A stretch of DNA of 63,785 nucleotides, the filler included, from Hausera hauseri (lineage: Eukaryota): the NCBI GenBank assembly GCA_046269625.1. It is 11 parts of 11 records of this genome, joined end to end, with 100 filler letters (N's around TTAATTAATTAA, not from the genome) between each part and the next. Parts side by side here need not be neighbours in the genome. Positions count along the whole stretch, not along the records: positions 58,227 to 63,785 come from JBJURY010231073.1; 10 more parts are not named here. One strand, 5' to 3'. The notes under the pieces are model-generated. The model saw only the letters and a list, made by a program, of their open reading frames with translations. It had not been told where the DNA came from and did not search any database. The position numbers and the translations under genes were made by a program. Positions 62,896 through 63,785 of this stretch are shown here, piece after piece. Numbering within the stretch: the first letter of the stretch is position 1; each line of letters opens with the position of its first letter.

Positions 62896-63460
62896 ATGCC
62901 AAAAAACGTTGATGTAAACGAAGATTGCATATTCATGCACAACAAACCAGATATGTATGAAGTTTCCTCAACACACTTTCCGATGTCGTTGCAAAGTACG
63001 CCATCAGGCAATCAGAGCCTGATCGCACTAGTAACAGGAGGTACCCTAACTAACGCCGGTTACATTCCCATACCAGCTCCATGACATCCCAGTTTGAATC
63101 AGCAAATCATATTACAAGACTTTTCCCAACCTCCAATGGGTCAACCATTCGATAAATGCCCCATAATCTGCAGTTTATTGGCCCTCCGCTGTTGTCCAAT
63201 AACCTGGTGCTCTTCACTGCCGGCACCGATCCTGTGGATCTGTAGTTACACCGACTGTCGGGTCCACGATTTGCAACGATTCCAAAAAAGAGTGATCGTG
63301 CCAGGAGATTGATCATTACGGCATGCATCGTGGGACATATAATCGTCATAGGGTGGTCTCTGATGACTTATCTACATCGTTATGCTATTTTAATGTTCCT
63401 CCGTAGGTTTATTAAGACTATCTGCGACAGCGAAAGCGCCTGGTGCAACTTAAGAAACCT
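62896..63460 (+). pseudogene. CD225/dispanin-like membrane protein pseudogene (intronless)
   Basis: Pro/Gln-rich N-terminus, IICSLLAL.CCP..LPA..ICS, D...K..RARRLIITACIVG.II; in-frame stop and frameshift. Confidence 0.5.
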
Positions 63461-63785
63461 GACCCATCCCATTTATTACTCAAACTTCATTTATTCCTGT
63501 TGTTCGACATCCGCCTAAGTATGATGCAATAAGCACTGATGATGTAACACAAGTAATCAGTTAGAAAATTTTCCGTTGTCACCGTAAACGAAAGCAGCAA
63601 AGTTGATATTTTGTTTGAAAGTTTATTTTATTTTTCCTTGAGTCTTTCTTCGGATTTGACATCTGAATACGTTATTCCACCTTGCGTATATTTATGTTTC
63701 CGTATATTTGTTTGTTTGTGGCGAATAGTTTCAGTTAAAACAAACGGTATTCTACTTTAATAACTAAACTCATTTTTACTGTATA

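Noticed and set aside
1-63785. Assigning the host species (flatworm suspected from short introns and Burro-like cargo) or an alternative genetic code
   Set aside because: No diagnostic marker; stops co-occur with frameshifts, consistent with ordinary decay.

Overview
This is not one locus. It is 11 unrelated AT-rich eukaryotic (animal) contigs joined by an artificial 100-bp linker (N44-TTAATTAATTAA-N44), so adjacency across linkers means nothing. Most of the sequence is mobile DNA: three decayed CsRN1-like Gypsy copies, Polinton/adintovirus pieces (polB, ATPase, integrase, minor and major capsid, adenain), MULE and mariner transposase pseudogenes, LINE 3' ends and two minisatellites. Host-gene fragments are also present (iGluR/ferlin chimera, beta-spectrin, axonemal dynein, CD225-like). 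The standout is contig 1 (1-11909, all minus strand). The ORF track misses a stop-free frame of at least 1991 codons (5975 to the window edge), which I translated by hand. It reads Gag capsid, 3x CCHC, long charged spacer, ubiquitin-like domain, AT-hook, Bcl-2-like domain, internal signal peptide, then a chuvirus-type glycoprotein, with no protease, RT or integrase. It lies downstream of a PPT-LTR-PBS(tRNA-Arg) junction. Upstream of that junction is a Gypsy integrase fused to a second, unrelated type I membrane glycoprotein, then a UGA-CAA-UUA readthrough signal opening a 627-codon unknown domain. This points to either a gag-env-pol-ordered giant element (circularly permuted in assembly) or a two-component enveloped Gypsy system sharing one LTR. 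All family calls come from motif recognition by eye; no database searches were run.
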